Source: Octopus sinensis (taxonomy: Eukaryota). Taken from it: 64,000 nt of DNA. Shown one piece after another: positions 27,826 through 40,109 of this stretch. Under the pieces are notes generated by a model. That model ran no database searches. It saw only the letters and a list, made by a program, of their open reading frames with translations, and was not told where the DNA came from. The stretch is from positions 26,598,001 through 26,662,000 of the forward strand of contig NC_043015.1 in NCBI RefSeq assembly GCF_006345805.1. The letters run 5' to 3'. Every line of letters starts with the position of its first letter. The first letter of the stretch is position 1. A program made the position numbers and the translations under genes.

Positions 27826-30800
27826 TCATAGAATCATAGTCAAGGTGGCTTCGTCATTTATACGTGCCATCCTTGCTACACTCACCCATCTTTTTTTAAA
27901 ACATTCACTAGACAAAACTTGCCTCTCTACTCTCACTTTCCTCTTCAAGTGATACTTGAAGAAGTTGATGAGAGATTGACCAGAGAGGAAAGTGTTTGTC
28001 TCTAATCCTTTCAGGCGCGTCCACCAGATACATTCTTTCGCCATAGCCAGAAGTATGATAAAAATAGCTCTTCCTTCCCGTTTGAAGGAAGGAGGCGTGA
28101 CGATATTAACGATAGACTCGGCTGATAAACCCACACGTCCCACACGTGACAGCAGTCGATCGACATAAGCCCACAGGTCGGCGATTGCTGGACACTGCAC
28201 GATTGCGTGCAGAGCGGTTTCGTCCCTCTGCCCGCATATCGGGCAGGTCAGTCCCGTGTTTCTCGAGCCATGCCTATAGAGCTTATCCCGAACGGGTAGC
28301 GCTTCTCGGTAGCACCGCCAGGCCAGGGATCTCTGGAAGTTGTCCATAGGTCCCGGCCCGAAAGTCGTTTCAAACAGGCGGGTCAGGTATTCCTCGTCGA
28401 CGCCTAGGTTTGCCCCAAGATCGTCGTCGTACATCCCCTCCACTAATCCCCTATAGAATGCTTTGGTTGTGTTGAAGTCACTCAAGGTCGACCCGGGACG
28501 GCAGAGTTGCTTGAGAGCAACGCGACACTCGCGGTGTCATTCGCCCTTCCTCGGCCTCTTTTTGATCAACGACTGCAGTTCGGTCATGGAGACGAGCTGC
28601 GGGAACGCGTGCCTCACAAACGGCAACCACACCTGTTCACCGTCGTCTACATAGAGCCGGAGATGTCGCAGTCTAGGCGCGTGTCTGCGCCTCATCAACC
28701 ATGGCATGCCCAGCCCTCCTTTTAACGGGTGTTGACAGCAAATGGATCGCCTGACCATCGGGACGCATCCTTTCCACAAGAAGCGGAAGAGAATGCGTTC
28801 TAGTTTGGTGATGGTAGGGATGGGACAAGGTACGACGGTCAGGCAGTAGTAGATGATGGACGCGATGTACGTGTTCGCCACCTCCGCCCGACCTTTTAGG
28901 GACAGTTTCCTCTCGGCCCATTGCTGGGCGAGAGTGACCACCCTACTCGTTATCTCGTTCCAGTTCTTCTCCATTTGGAGGTCCGGACCGAACCAGACTC
29001 CGAGCAACTCAACCGGGCCCTCTGTCCAGCGTCCCACGACGGAGGCGCTGGTGGACGGCATGGGCTTGCTTCTCCAGGTGCCGAGCCGCAAGCCCACTGA
29101 CTTTTCCCGGTTGATTTTTGCTCCTGTCACCGCTTCGTAGTCTTTCAGTGTCTCGCCGACCAGCTCAATGTGCTCGTGGCTTGACACTATGACGGTGACG
29201 TCGTCCGCGTATGCAGACACGCTCGTCCCGCATCCCAATTTTCGCGGGATGCCCCTCAGAGTCACCAGCATCCGCAGTAGTGGCTCAAGAGTCAATACGT
29301 TTAGAAGCGCCGAGAGGAGGCATCCCTGACGGACCGAACGTGCAATGTCGAAAGGTCTCGATAGATGTCCATTCACGCGAATTACCGAACGGATGCCTCT
29401 GTACAAGGCAGCTATCCAGCCGCGGAAGACGGGACCGAAACCAGCCGCTCTCAGGACTGCCTCCAAGTATCGATGGTCAACCCTATCGAAGGCTTTCGAT
29501 TGATCCAAGTTGATCAGGGCCCCACCCATGCCAGGTTCCTTAACTACTCTGTCTATGATGTAGCGCATCAGATGGAGGTTGTCATGGATGCTCCAGCCCG
29601 GCACGGCGCACGTTTGTGCGTTGTCGACTAGTTTCTTGATGACAAGCGCCAACCTCTTGGCTAACACCTTTGTCAAAATTTTCAGGTCTGCATTGAGCAG
29701 AGTGATTGGTCTAAAGTTATCTATAATGTTTCTCTTGTTTGGATCTTTCTTCAGCAGCGTTACGGCTCCTCGACTCACAAAACCGGGTATGCTCCCGTTT
29801 TGCTGCCAGTTGCAGTATACCGCTGCCAAGACGTCTCCAAACAAGTCTGCCATACAATTGTAAAACTCGTAGGGCAGACCATCCAAACCCGGCGATTTGT
29901 CTCTCGAGCATTCTGCCATCGCGTCCCGCACATCCGCCGCCGTGATGGCACCTTCGCAGCACTCTGCCTCTCTTGCCGAGAGTCGTGGTAGGCTGTGCAG
30001 GAAGGCACTGAAGTCCACCCTGCGTTCACGCTCGCCAATCGTCCCGTACAATCAGGCAAAGTGCCGCTGAAATGTCTCGCACATCTTGCTGGGCTCGAGC
30101 AATTCGCGCCCTTGTTCATCTACCAGAAACCGAATGGTGGCTTTGTTGCCCTGCTGCACCTCCGCCACCCGGGCCTCTTCGCGGCTCCAACACCTTCCAT
30201 CCTTAGAGCACGCATCCTAGCCCTGACAGCACACCCTTCGTGTTTGGCGTTGAAGTGTTGGTGAAGGGCCAACCTCACCGCTAAAACGTCGGATGTGATG
30301 CTGCTTCTTATTGCCTCTTCTAACTTCTTAACTAACTCACCCTCTACTCTATTTCTATCTACGGCTAGTGCCTTGCTATATCTAATTGCTTCCGCTTTTA
30401 CTGCTCTCTTGAGGGCGAACCACCATTTGTTGTTGACAATGGCTCCCGTTAAAGCCCTTTTTACTAACGTGTTGATTCTGTCTCTGAAAACATGTCTGGA
30501 CGGGAAAGATGCGTTCAGTTTCCAGTAACCAGGACCCTGTCTATATGCCTTATCTAAGTCTAGCGTACACGTCACGAATTTGTGATCCGTGTAGCTGACT
30601 GTGTGGAATTGTGGACATCCTAAGTTATCCCTGTCTACTGTCCCACACATTATCCTATCTAGATACGATCTCGACGACCCACTGCGGTTGCTCCATGTCC
30701 ACGTTGGTGCATTTGGGTGGTCGAGTCGGTACCTGTCAGACAGTTGGAATCGTCTGAGCAGGTCTCTGAGGCATTTGCATCCCCTTCTGGTTTTTTCTCA

Positions 30801-31262
30801 CCTCACATAGTCTAGATGCGTGTCCAAGGTAGCATTCCAATCCACCACTAAAAGTAAAGGACGAGACGTTCCCAGGAATACTTCTAGACGTCGAAAGAAA
30901 TCCGGCCGACCTGTTAAAGGCGGTGCGTAGACTGATACGAGTCGAAAAGCGCACCCATTGCTGCCGTCGACATCCAGAACGACCAGTCTACCCTCCGGGT
31001 CTACGAATATCGTCTTGACTTCGAGATCCAGGCTCTTGTGAAAAAGTACCTCGGTGCCACTACCGCCCATCCTCGGCAGACAGGGAGCAAAATAAATGTT
31101 AAACTGTCCGCCAAACATGGACTTTAGGGCCCGTGGCTCGTGGAGTCTGGTCTCACTTATGGCTATGATTCCCAAATCGTGTGACTTGATGTCATTTAGG
31201 AGGTATCCTTGTTTCCAAGGAGACCCCAAGCCACGCGCATTCACACAACCAATCTTGACCAT
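27826..31262 (-). pseudogene. Tx1 ORF2: APE endonuclease, reverse transcriptase and C-terminal zinc finger (frameshifted)
   Basis: GCVNARGL, ISETRL, YTDH, YWKLN, KSPGLDGLPYEFY, FRPITLLNADLKI, LDQSKAFDRVDH, SVRQGC, SAYADD, GGLG, CPIC...HAIVQC. Confidence 0.93.
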
Positions 31263-31312
31263 GATTCTATTGGGGTGCGTGCTTTAAAACACAAAAGAGA
31301 AGGTACAGAGAG

Positions 31313-33243
31313 TTACTTACTTGTGTCGAAAGTTTTGGCTTCCTCGTCCTTTGATGTGTCTTGGAGGAGGTTTTTATAGAGTTTTTGTGAAAGGTATTTT
31401 TGAAACCCCCCAACCGCATTTGGAAAGAGGGCTTTGAGTGTGTAGTGTTGTGTTTGTGTGATGTGTAGTATTTTGATGTGTTTGGATGGTGTAGTGCGCG
31501 GATGGTAGTTATTTTTGAAGTCATCTTCACAGATGTTTGTGTGGGCTGTGATGTATTTCATTAGTTTGGAGTCTTTGGTGTCTATCGCTGATAGCATTGT
31601 GTGTTTTTTTGTGGTGTTGGTGCTTGTTTGGTTGTGTATGGAGCTTTCAGGGTTCAGGTATCTCCCTGCTTTGGTTGCGTTTTCTTGTTTGTTTTTTTTT
31701 ATCTTTTTCTTTTACCCCCGGTGGCTATTTGCCATTCTGTCGAACTTTCATCGTTAGATGAAAAGTCTGACGAATCAGCAGGGGGCAAGGGTAAAGTATT
31801 TGGGTCTGTTTATGCGGTTGTAGATATTGTTGTGGTGTGCGGGGTGGGGTTGCTGGGGGGTTTGGTGTGGTGATTGTCTCTCCTACATCCTTGGTGCTTG
31901 TCTTCTTCGTTGTTGTTCTCGGTGTTGGAATTGGTTTAGTTGTTGTTGGTGGTGATGGTTCTGTTCTTGGCGCAGGTGGTGGTGTTGTTTGGTTGGGTTG
32001 GTCCATTCTTTGTTGCTTTTCATGGTCATCCGCAAGATGTACGTGGGTGGTAATTTTGTTAATGTCGTCTTGGCTTATGTGGAAGAGAATCTCCATTCTC
32101 TTTCCCACCCAGTCCTTGTGTTTCGAAACAGTGATGTCCAGGATGTTTATGTCCTCCATTTCGACGCATATGGCGGATGTTATCCATAGTGTGGTTGTTA
32201 TTTGCGGGCCATTATTGATAATGACCTTTGTCACCTTCTGCCCAAGCTAACTGGGTGTCATTGTTAGCTCATCTGAATGAAGAGTTAGCATTGAGAATTG
32301 CTTTGCCAACTCTTCATTCTGAAAAACCGTGGGCAAACTTGTTCGACCAAGTCACATACTCTTTGTATCCCCAGATAGGCACATTTCTATTTTGCGTAGG
32401 CACTTTTCTATTTTGTCCGTGCTTGCTTTTTCTGGACTTTTAGTTGTGTTGTTTGTTATTTTATAAATAATCGTTTTCTTTTTTTCCTCATTCGGTATGT
32501 GTTGTGGTATGTGTAATTGTATTTTGCCGTTTCTTTGGTGGTTAAGGCTCTGGAGTCTTTTATCTGCTGTGCAGTAAACGATACTCTTGTTATTTTTTCT
32601 TTTATCGCCTCGGCGAAGTTTGTTGTTGTTTTGTTATTGTTGTTACTGCTGGTGGTGTTCATGTTGATGGCAGGGGTGTGGGTTGTGGGTATATTAGTTT
32701 GTGGTTGCTGATTATGCAACTAGCAAGGGGTGGAAAATTGTCTGCGTAATTTGCTCCTGCATTAGCGCAAATTTCGGCACCTCGTTTGATGGTCGCGGTT
32801 ATTTTTTTCTCTCCTTCACTTGTTGGTGATGGAGGGAACAGTGGCTGAAGGGAATTGTTGTTGTTGTTGTTGTTATTGTCGTTCTTGGTGACGGCGGTGG
32901 TATTAGTAGCAAGGGAGGCATTGACGGCGCGGTCTTTGGTGGCGGTGATGGTGATGTTGGTATTGTTATTGTTGTTGGTAGTGGTGTCGTTAGCAGAGAT
33001 AGCAGTTGTAGTAGCAGAAACTGCCATGGTGGTGGTGTCGGTGTTGATGGTGGAATCATTGGTGACGGTGACGGTGCTTGGCCTTGCGACCTTTGTTTTG
33101 TATTTGTTGCTGTTGTCGATGCTGATGGTGGTGTAAGTAGTGTTTACACAGTCAAGTTCAGCGCATGGTGACAGGGCAACCTGTTTTTTTGTTCTGGCGT
33201 CACGCTTCAGTTGTGCCTTAGCCTCGTCGTGACCAGTAGCCAT
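31313..33243 (-). pseudogene. Tx1 ORF1 (low-complexity Thr/Asn/Pro-rich, frameshifted)
   Basis: A chain of ORF fragments upstream of ORF2. The C-terminal block HPRTT..HIKI.HITQ..H.TLK.L.P.AVG.FQKYLS.KLYKNLL is conserved in copy 2. Confidence 0.7.
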
Positions 33244-33295
33244 TTTTGAAGATAAAATGGCTAAAATACAACACGAGGCCATATTTTAGCCATTT

Positions 33296-33297
<2 letters not shown>

Positions 33298-33364
<67 letters not shown>
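33298..33364. repeat. (GATA)n spacer between the two Tx1 copies
   Basis: Pure GATA run. Confidence 0.97.
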
Positions 33365-33366
<2 letters not shown>

Positions 33367-36300
33367 CTTTCTTTATTGGCCACACAGGGCTGAAATACAG
33401 AGGGGACAAATACAAATGTAGAGCTTTTCTTTTCGAAGATGGAAAAAGAAAAAGGAAACAAAAAAAGAAATGAATGTAAAATTCCGATCAAAAGGGATGT
33501 GTAACACAGAAACAAATTTTTTAACAGTAAGAAACAAGATTAAGTTCATCCGTGGGAAGAAAAGCTAGACTACGGTAACCTCGGTCAGGGAGGAAATAAA
33601 CACATGAGAGCAAAGTGCTCTCTCTCTCTCTCTCTTTTACGATTTACAGGATCATGCTCAAAGTGGTTTCGGCACTCGCACGCATCATCTTTGCTACATT
33701 CACCCACCTTTTTTTGAGACTTTCGCGAGACAAAACCTGCCTCTCCGTTCTCACCTTCCTTTTCAAGTGGTACTTGAAAAAGTTGATGAGCGCTTGGCCA
33801 GAGAAGTAAGTGTTTGTCTCTAATCCTTTCGCTCGGGGCCACCACACACATTATTTTACCATGGCCACCAGTACGATGAAAACTGCCTTGCCTTCCCGGT
33901 TGAGGGAAGGGGGCGGAGCAATTCTCACAATAGACTCAGCCCACAGGCGATAGCAGCCGTTCGGCCTAAGCCCACAGGTCTGAAATGGTTGGCCACTGCA
34001 CGAGTGCGTGCAGAACGGTTTCGTCGCTCTGACCGCATCTCCGGCAAGTCGGTCCAGTGTGTCTCGAACCGTGCTTGTAGAGCTTATCACGAACAGGTAA
34101 TGCTTCTCGATAGCACTGCCAGGCCAGGGATCTTTGGTGAATGTCAATAGGTCCCTGCTCGAAAGTCGTCCTGAACAGGCAGGTCAGATGTTCCTCGTCC
34201 ACGCCCAGATTCTGCCCGAAAATCGTCGCACCTCCCCTCCACTAATCCTCTATAGAACGCCTTTGTTGTAATGAAGTCGCACACGTTTGGTCCCGAACGA
34301 CAGAGTTGCTTGGGAGCAACGCGACACTCGCGATGCCATTGGTCTAACCTTGGTCTCTGTTTGATCCACGACTGTAGTTCGGCCAAGGAGACGAGCTGCG
34401 GGAAAGCGCGTCGCACAAAAGGCGAATACACCTGTTCACCGTCGTCTATGAAGCTCCAGAGATGTTGCAGTCTCAGCGCATGTCTGCGCATCATCAACCA
34501 CGGCATACCTAGTCCTCCATTTAGCGGGTGTTGACTGCAAATGGATCGCCTAACCATCGGAACGCTTCCCTTCCACAGGAAGCGGAAGAGTATGCGTTCC
34601 AGTTTGGTGATGGTAGGGTCGGGACAAGGCACGACGGTCAGACGGTATCGATGACGGATACGATGTACGCGTTCGGCACCTCCGCTCGACCTTTTAGGGA
34701 TAGCTTCCTCTCAGCCCATTGCTGGGTGAGAGTTATTTCACCCCAGTTCTTCTCCATTTGGAGGTCCGGACCGAACCAGACTCCGAGCAATTTAACCGGT
34801 CCGTCTGTCCAGTGTCCCACGATGGAGACGCTGTTGGACGGCATGGGATTGCTTCTCCAGGTGCCGAGCCGCAAGCCCACTGACTTTTCCCGGTTAATTT
34901 TTGCTCCCGTTACCGCTTCGTATTCTTTTAGTGTCTCTCCGACCAGGTCGATGTGCTTGTGGCTCGACACTATGACGGTGACGTTGTCCGCATATGCAGA
35001 CACGCTCCTCTCACATCCCAGCTCTCGTGGGATGCCCCTCAGCGTCGCCAGTTTCCGCAGTAGTGGCTAAAGAGTCAATACATACAGAAGCGATGAGAGG
35101 GGGCATCCTTGAAGAACCGAACGCATGATGTTAAAAGGGCTGGATAGATGACCATTTACGCGAACTACCGAGCGGATGCCGCTATATAAAGCAGCGATCT
35201 AACCGCGGAAGACGGGACCGAAACCAGCCACTTTAAGGACAGCCTCCAAGTAGTGATGATCTACTCTATCGAAAGCTTTTGATTGATCTAAATTGATCAG
35301 CGCCCCACCCATGCCAGGATCCTTAACTACCCTGTCTATGATGTACCGCATCAGATGGAGGTTGTCATGGATTCTCCTACCCGGCACGGCGCACGTTTGC
35401 GCCTTGTCGACTAAACTAGCGCCAATCTCTCGGCTAAAACCTTGGCCAAAATTTTCAAATCTGCGTTGAGCAGAGTGATGGGCCTGATATTATCTATGAC
35501 GGATCTTTTCTTAACAGTGCCACTGCTCCTCGCTTTACAAAGGCGGGGATACTCCCGTTTTGCTGCTAGTTGCAGTAGACAGCTGCCAAGGCACCTCCAA
35601 ACAAGTCTGGCATATGACAATATAGTTCGTAGGGCAGACCATCCAAGCCTGGTGACTTGTCTCTCGCGCAGCCTGCCGTCGCATCCCGTACGTCCGCGGC
35701 TGTGATGGGTTTTTCACAACACTCCGCCTCTCTTGCAGGGCATGTACGCGTTCGCCACCTCCGCCCGACCTTTTAGTAGTGGCAGGGCATGTAGGTAGGC
35801 ACTAAAGTCCACTCTGCGTTCTGACCCACCACTTGTCCCAAACAGTTGGGTAGTGTTGTTGAAAATCCTGACACATCCTTTCAGGCTCGAGTAATTCGCG
35901 CCCCTGTTCATCTGTAAGTGACCTGATGGTGGCTCTGTTACCTCGTTCCGTCTCCCCCACTCTGGCCCCTCGGGCGACTCCAACTCCTTCGTTCCTCAGA
36001 GCACGCATCCTAGCTTGAGAACGCATCCTTCGTGTTTGGCGTTGAGGTGTTGGTCGAGGGCCAACCTCGCTGCCAGTACGTTGGACGCGATGCCAGTTCT
36101 AAGTGCTTCTTCTAAATTCTTAACTAAGTCTCCCTCTATTCTATTTCGGTCTAATGCTAGGGCCTTACTGTACCTGACCGATTCTGCTTTAATTGCTTTC
36201 TTTAGAGCATACCACCATCTGTTGTTAATGATGGCACCCATCAATGCTCTCTTAACTAATGTGCTAATCGGGTCCCTGTAAGCCTGTCGTGCCGTAAAGA

Positions 36301-37837
36301 CGCGTTCAGCTTCCAGTAACCAGGACCCTGCCCATGTGTCTTATCTAAGTCAAGTGTACAAGTCACAAATTTGTGGTCTGTGTAGCTGACTATATGGAAT
36401 TGTGGACAACCTACACTATCTTTATCTACTGTCCTACAGAATACTCTATCTAAGTACGATCTGGACGACCCGATGCGATTCCTCCATAACCACATTGGCA
36501 CATTCGGGTGTTCCAGTCGGTACCTGTCAGACAGTTGGAAACGTCTGAGCAGGTCTTTAAGGCATTTGCATCCACTCCTATTACTATCTCTGCCCACGTA
36601 GTCTAGATGCGTGTCCAGGGTGGGGTTCCAATCCCCCACTAAAAGTAAAGGTCGCGACGTTCCCAGAAAAACCTCTAGTCGTCGAAAGAAATCTGGCCGG
36701 CCTGTTAAGGCCGGTGCATAAAATGTTATCAGTCGAAAGGCACACTCATTGCTGCCATCGACATCCAAAACGACCAGCCTACCCTCCGGGTCTACGAATA
36801 TTGCTCTTTCTTTGAGGTCCAGACTCTCCCGGAGGAGCACCGCGGTGCCACCTCCGCCCATTCTCGGTAGACACGGAAAAAAGTAAATGTTGAAATGTGC
36901 GCCGAACATGTGCTGGAGTGCCCGCGAGCTGTGGAGTCTGGTCTCACTGATGGCTATGATGTGCAGATTTTGTGACCTGATGTCATTTAACAGGTAGCCT
37001 TGTCTCCAAGGTGACCTGAAGCCACGTACATTTATACTGCCTACTTTGAGCATGTTCCGATCGAAAGTATGTTTTACACACGAAAGGAATATGAAAAAGA
37101 AAGAGAGAAAGAGAGAGTCACTTCCTGTTCGAAAGTTCTTTGTTCTTCACCTCACAGTCCCTTTCCAGAAGGTTTTTATACAGTTTTTTGGACAAATATT
37201 TTTGAAATCTCCCAACTGCCTCAGGGTAGAGAGATTTCAGGGTACTGTGTGTGTTCTGTGTTATGTGTATGATTTTAATGTGTTGCGGTAGAGTTGTGCG
37301 TGGGTGATTCTTTGTTTTGGTATCATTTTCGGTTATGTTGGTGTTTGACCTAATATATTCCATTAGGTCGGGGTTGTTGGTGTTTATGGCTGTCAACATT
37401 GTTGTGGGGTTTGATGATAGTGTGTTTGTGTTGATATGTTTGTTTTCTGCGGATGTTTTAGTTTCGGGAGTTGTAAACCTCTCTGCTTTGTTTGTCTGCT
37501 TCTCTATTCTTTTTTCCCCTTTTTCTCCCCCACCCCCCGGTGGCTATTTGCCAATCCTCCGTGTCATCTTCATCTAATGACATGTCAAAGGAATCAGAAG
37601 GTGGGAGGGGAAGTGTATTGGGGTCTATTTCTGACTGTGTTGACTTTGGTGTTGGTGCTGGTTGGTGACCGTTGGGGTGTGGTGTATGGGTTTTGGGAGG
37701 TGGGGTATGGGTATTTTGTGTTTGTGTGATTGTAGGTATTGTTGTGGTGCGTGGGGTGTGTGTTGTTGGGGGATTGGGAGTAGTAATTGTCACTTCTTCA
37801 TCCTCGGTGCTTGTCTTTTTGGTAGTTGTTCTTGGTG
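33365..37837 (-). mobile_element. 5'-truncated Tx1-clade LINE, copy 2 (diverged subfamily)
   Basis: APE at 37053-36256 (GSINVRGF, ISETRL, GDWN, YLDR, YTDH), RT fragments (QSKAFDRVDH, SAYADN) and a zinc finger. The 3' tail matches copy 1, and the element is truncated within ORF1 at (GATA)n. Confidence 0.92.
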
Positions 37838-37907
37838 AGATAGATAGCTAGATAGATATATCGTAGTTAGACAGACAGAGACAGACAGACAGACGGATAG
37901 TTGGATG

Positions 37908-37997
<90 letters not shown>
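37838..37997. repeat. (GATA)n array
   Basis: Seen directly. Confidence 0.95.
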
Positions 37998-37998
<1 letters not shown>

Positions 37999-38320
37999 GG
38001 AAAACAATAGGAAAACAGCTGTTCATGCAGGGATGAAAAATTGTGCCCGTTAAATGGAGCTTGCATGTCCGAGACCAACATCTACGAAGATACCGTGGAC
38101 TATATACCCACTAAAGACACAGTTTCGACGAAGAAATACGTGGGCCTTACAGAGGATAATTTCAAGGCCAGGTTCAATAATCACACCTTGAGCTTTAGGC
38201 ACTGGGACAAAAGGAAAACGACAAAATTATTCAGTCATATATGGCCATTAAAAGATAAAGGTGTCAGTTACAACATCCATAGGAAGATTTTAGCCAAATG
38301 TAAGCCCTACACCAACGACA
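37998..38320 (+). mobile_element. Penelope-like GIY-YIG fragment, probably followed by its 3' region to about 39420
   Basis: [15 protein letters not shown]...NIY...KKYVGLTEDNFKARFNNHTLSFR...TKLFSHIWPLKDKG...KILAKCKPY. Confidence 0.85.
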
Positions 38321-40052
38321 CGGCTCATCTGGAAAAGCAACTTAGACCCCGATACATGTCTGAACTCAAGGACAGAACTTTTCGGATCATGCCTACAGGT
38401 GGTCAAATTTTTGTTACGTTTTTGGTTCCCCCAAGACTACAGATGGAACTTGTTTTCTATATTGTGTCCACGCACAAGATTTTTATCTCATTATACCTAT
38501 TACTTTTACTTTATTTATATTTTTATACGTATATTTCTTACACATTACAGAGGATTTGGTTTATCGATATATTTTTTACACATAATTTTTTCTGTAATCT
38601 ACCTTCCACCCTGCATTTTTCCCTGTGCCTATATAGACGTATGTATGGAATCCTTTGTGCGCGCTGTGGATGTGTGCGTGTGTGCGGGTTTGTGTGTATA
38701 TATATGTGTGCGTGTGTGCGTGCATGCGAGTACGTGCGTATATAGACGTATTTTATTCAGTGTTTTTACACATTTTCCTGTATTTTTTAGACGTATGTAT
38801 AATCCTTTTTTGTGCGTGCGTGTGTGCGTATATAGACGTGTGCGGCTATGTGCCTATTTGGATGTGTGTGTGTGTGTGTGTGCGTGCATAAGTGTATGTG
38901 CGTATATAAACGTGGTTTACTCTTTGTATACTTTCTTTTGCCTTTTTCGGTATAGTTACCCTTAACCCTGCTTTTTCTTGTGTTTGTGCGTACGTAGACT
39001 TTTACGATAGGCGTGTGTGTGTGCGGGGGGGGGGGGTTGTATGCATATGCATATATATTTGGTGAAGGATGCGAGTGAAGATGTGTACGTTTATCTAGTG
39101 AGGGTGGATGAATGTTTGCGTACGCACGTGGATGTGCGGGCGCACATGTGTAGGTATGAACAGGCGCGCTTACGCGAATACTATGAACTTTTTACCCCCT
39201 TACCTTAATTAGTGGTCATTCCAATAGCTCTTTTGTTTTAATAGCGGTCAATAACACAATAATTTCCCTTTGAATAACGGTCATTTTTCATAGCGTTTTT
39301 CCGATGGCCGGATAACTGATGATATGGTGGCGTGGATTTCCATTAATGGTTGTATTAATTTATTGCTATGAGCATGTGGTTGTGTACTTTTTAGTATGTT
39401 AATACTTATTAGTATCTGCTTTTCTGTATGTGTGACTATTGCGGTCGGTTTCAATACAATTTGAGACAGAATATTTTGGGGGGCCCTTTGATCTTTTAAC
39501 CCTATTTAAACATAATTTCTGTTCAAACTATTTCTTGGTCCCATCTTTGTATTCTCAGCTGTTCCTTATTGCTTCTTATTGTTCCTTATTGGAGCCACGT
39601 ACATTGTGTTTTATCTTACTTTTTAAAATGTATATTAAATACTTTCAAAGTGTTTTTTTTATTTAACCCTTCAGCATTCAGATTACCTTCTTAAATGTAA
39701 TGCTTATTTATTCACGCAGTTTTGAATTAATAATGCATTGGCTCTTTGGTTCGAAATTTCAATGATGTGATAGTTTATTTTTAGAATGACTTTGTAAGGT
39801 AAATAGGAAAAACTAGATCCAGTTAGTTAGAACAGAAAACAGAATATTTTGGCTTGATATGACTGGCGTAATTTAATCATTTTACTTCCTCTCTCATCCC
39901 TTTCCAATCTTTTGGCTACATTACGGATAGTCAATTCCTAACCTTAGATCCCGCATCTTAATCGATATGATAAAAAACATATTATTCATATTTATTCTTT
40001 AATGACCATACCGCGCGAATTTTGTCTACTTTTGATATTTCATATATTGTAT

Positions 40053-40101
<49 letters not shown>

Positions 40102-40109
<8 letters not shown>

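Larger units (their letters stand above)
27456..33297 (-). mobile_element. Apparently full-length but disrupted Tx1-clade (L1 group) LINE, copy 1
   Basis: ORF1 fragments at 33243-31313 and ORF2 (APE-RT-zinc finger) at 31262-27826. The 3' end reads AATAAAGAAAC directly into (ATCT)n, with (GATA)n on both sides. Confidence 0.92.
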
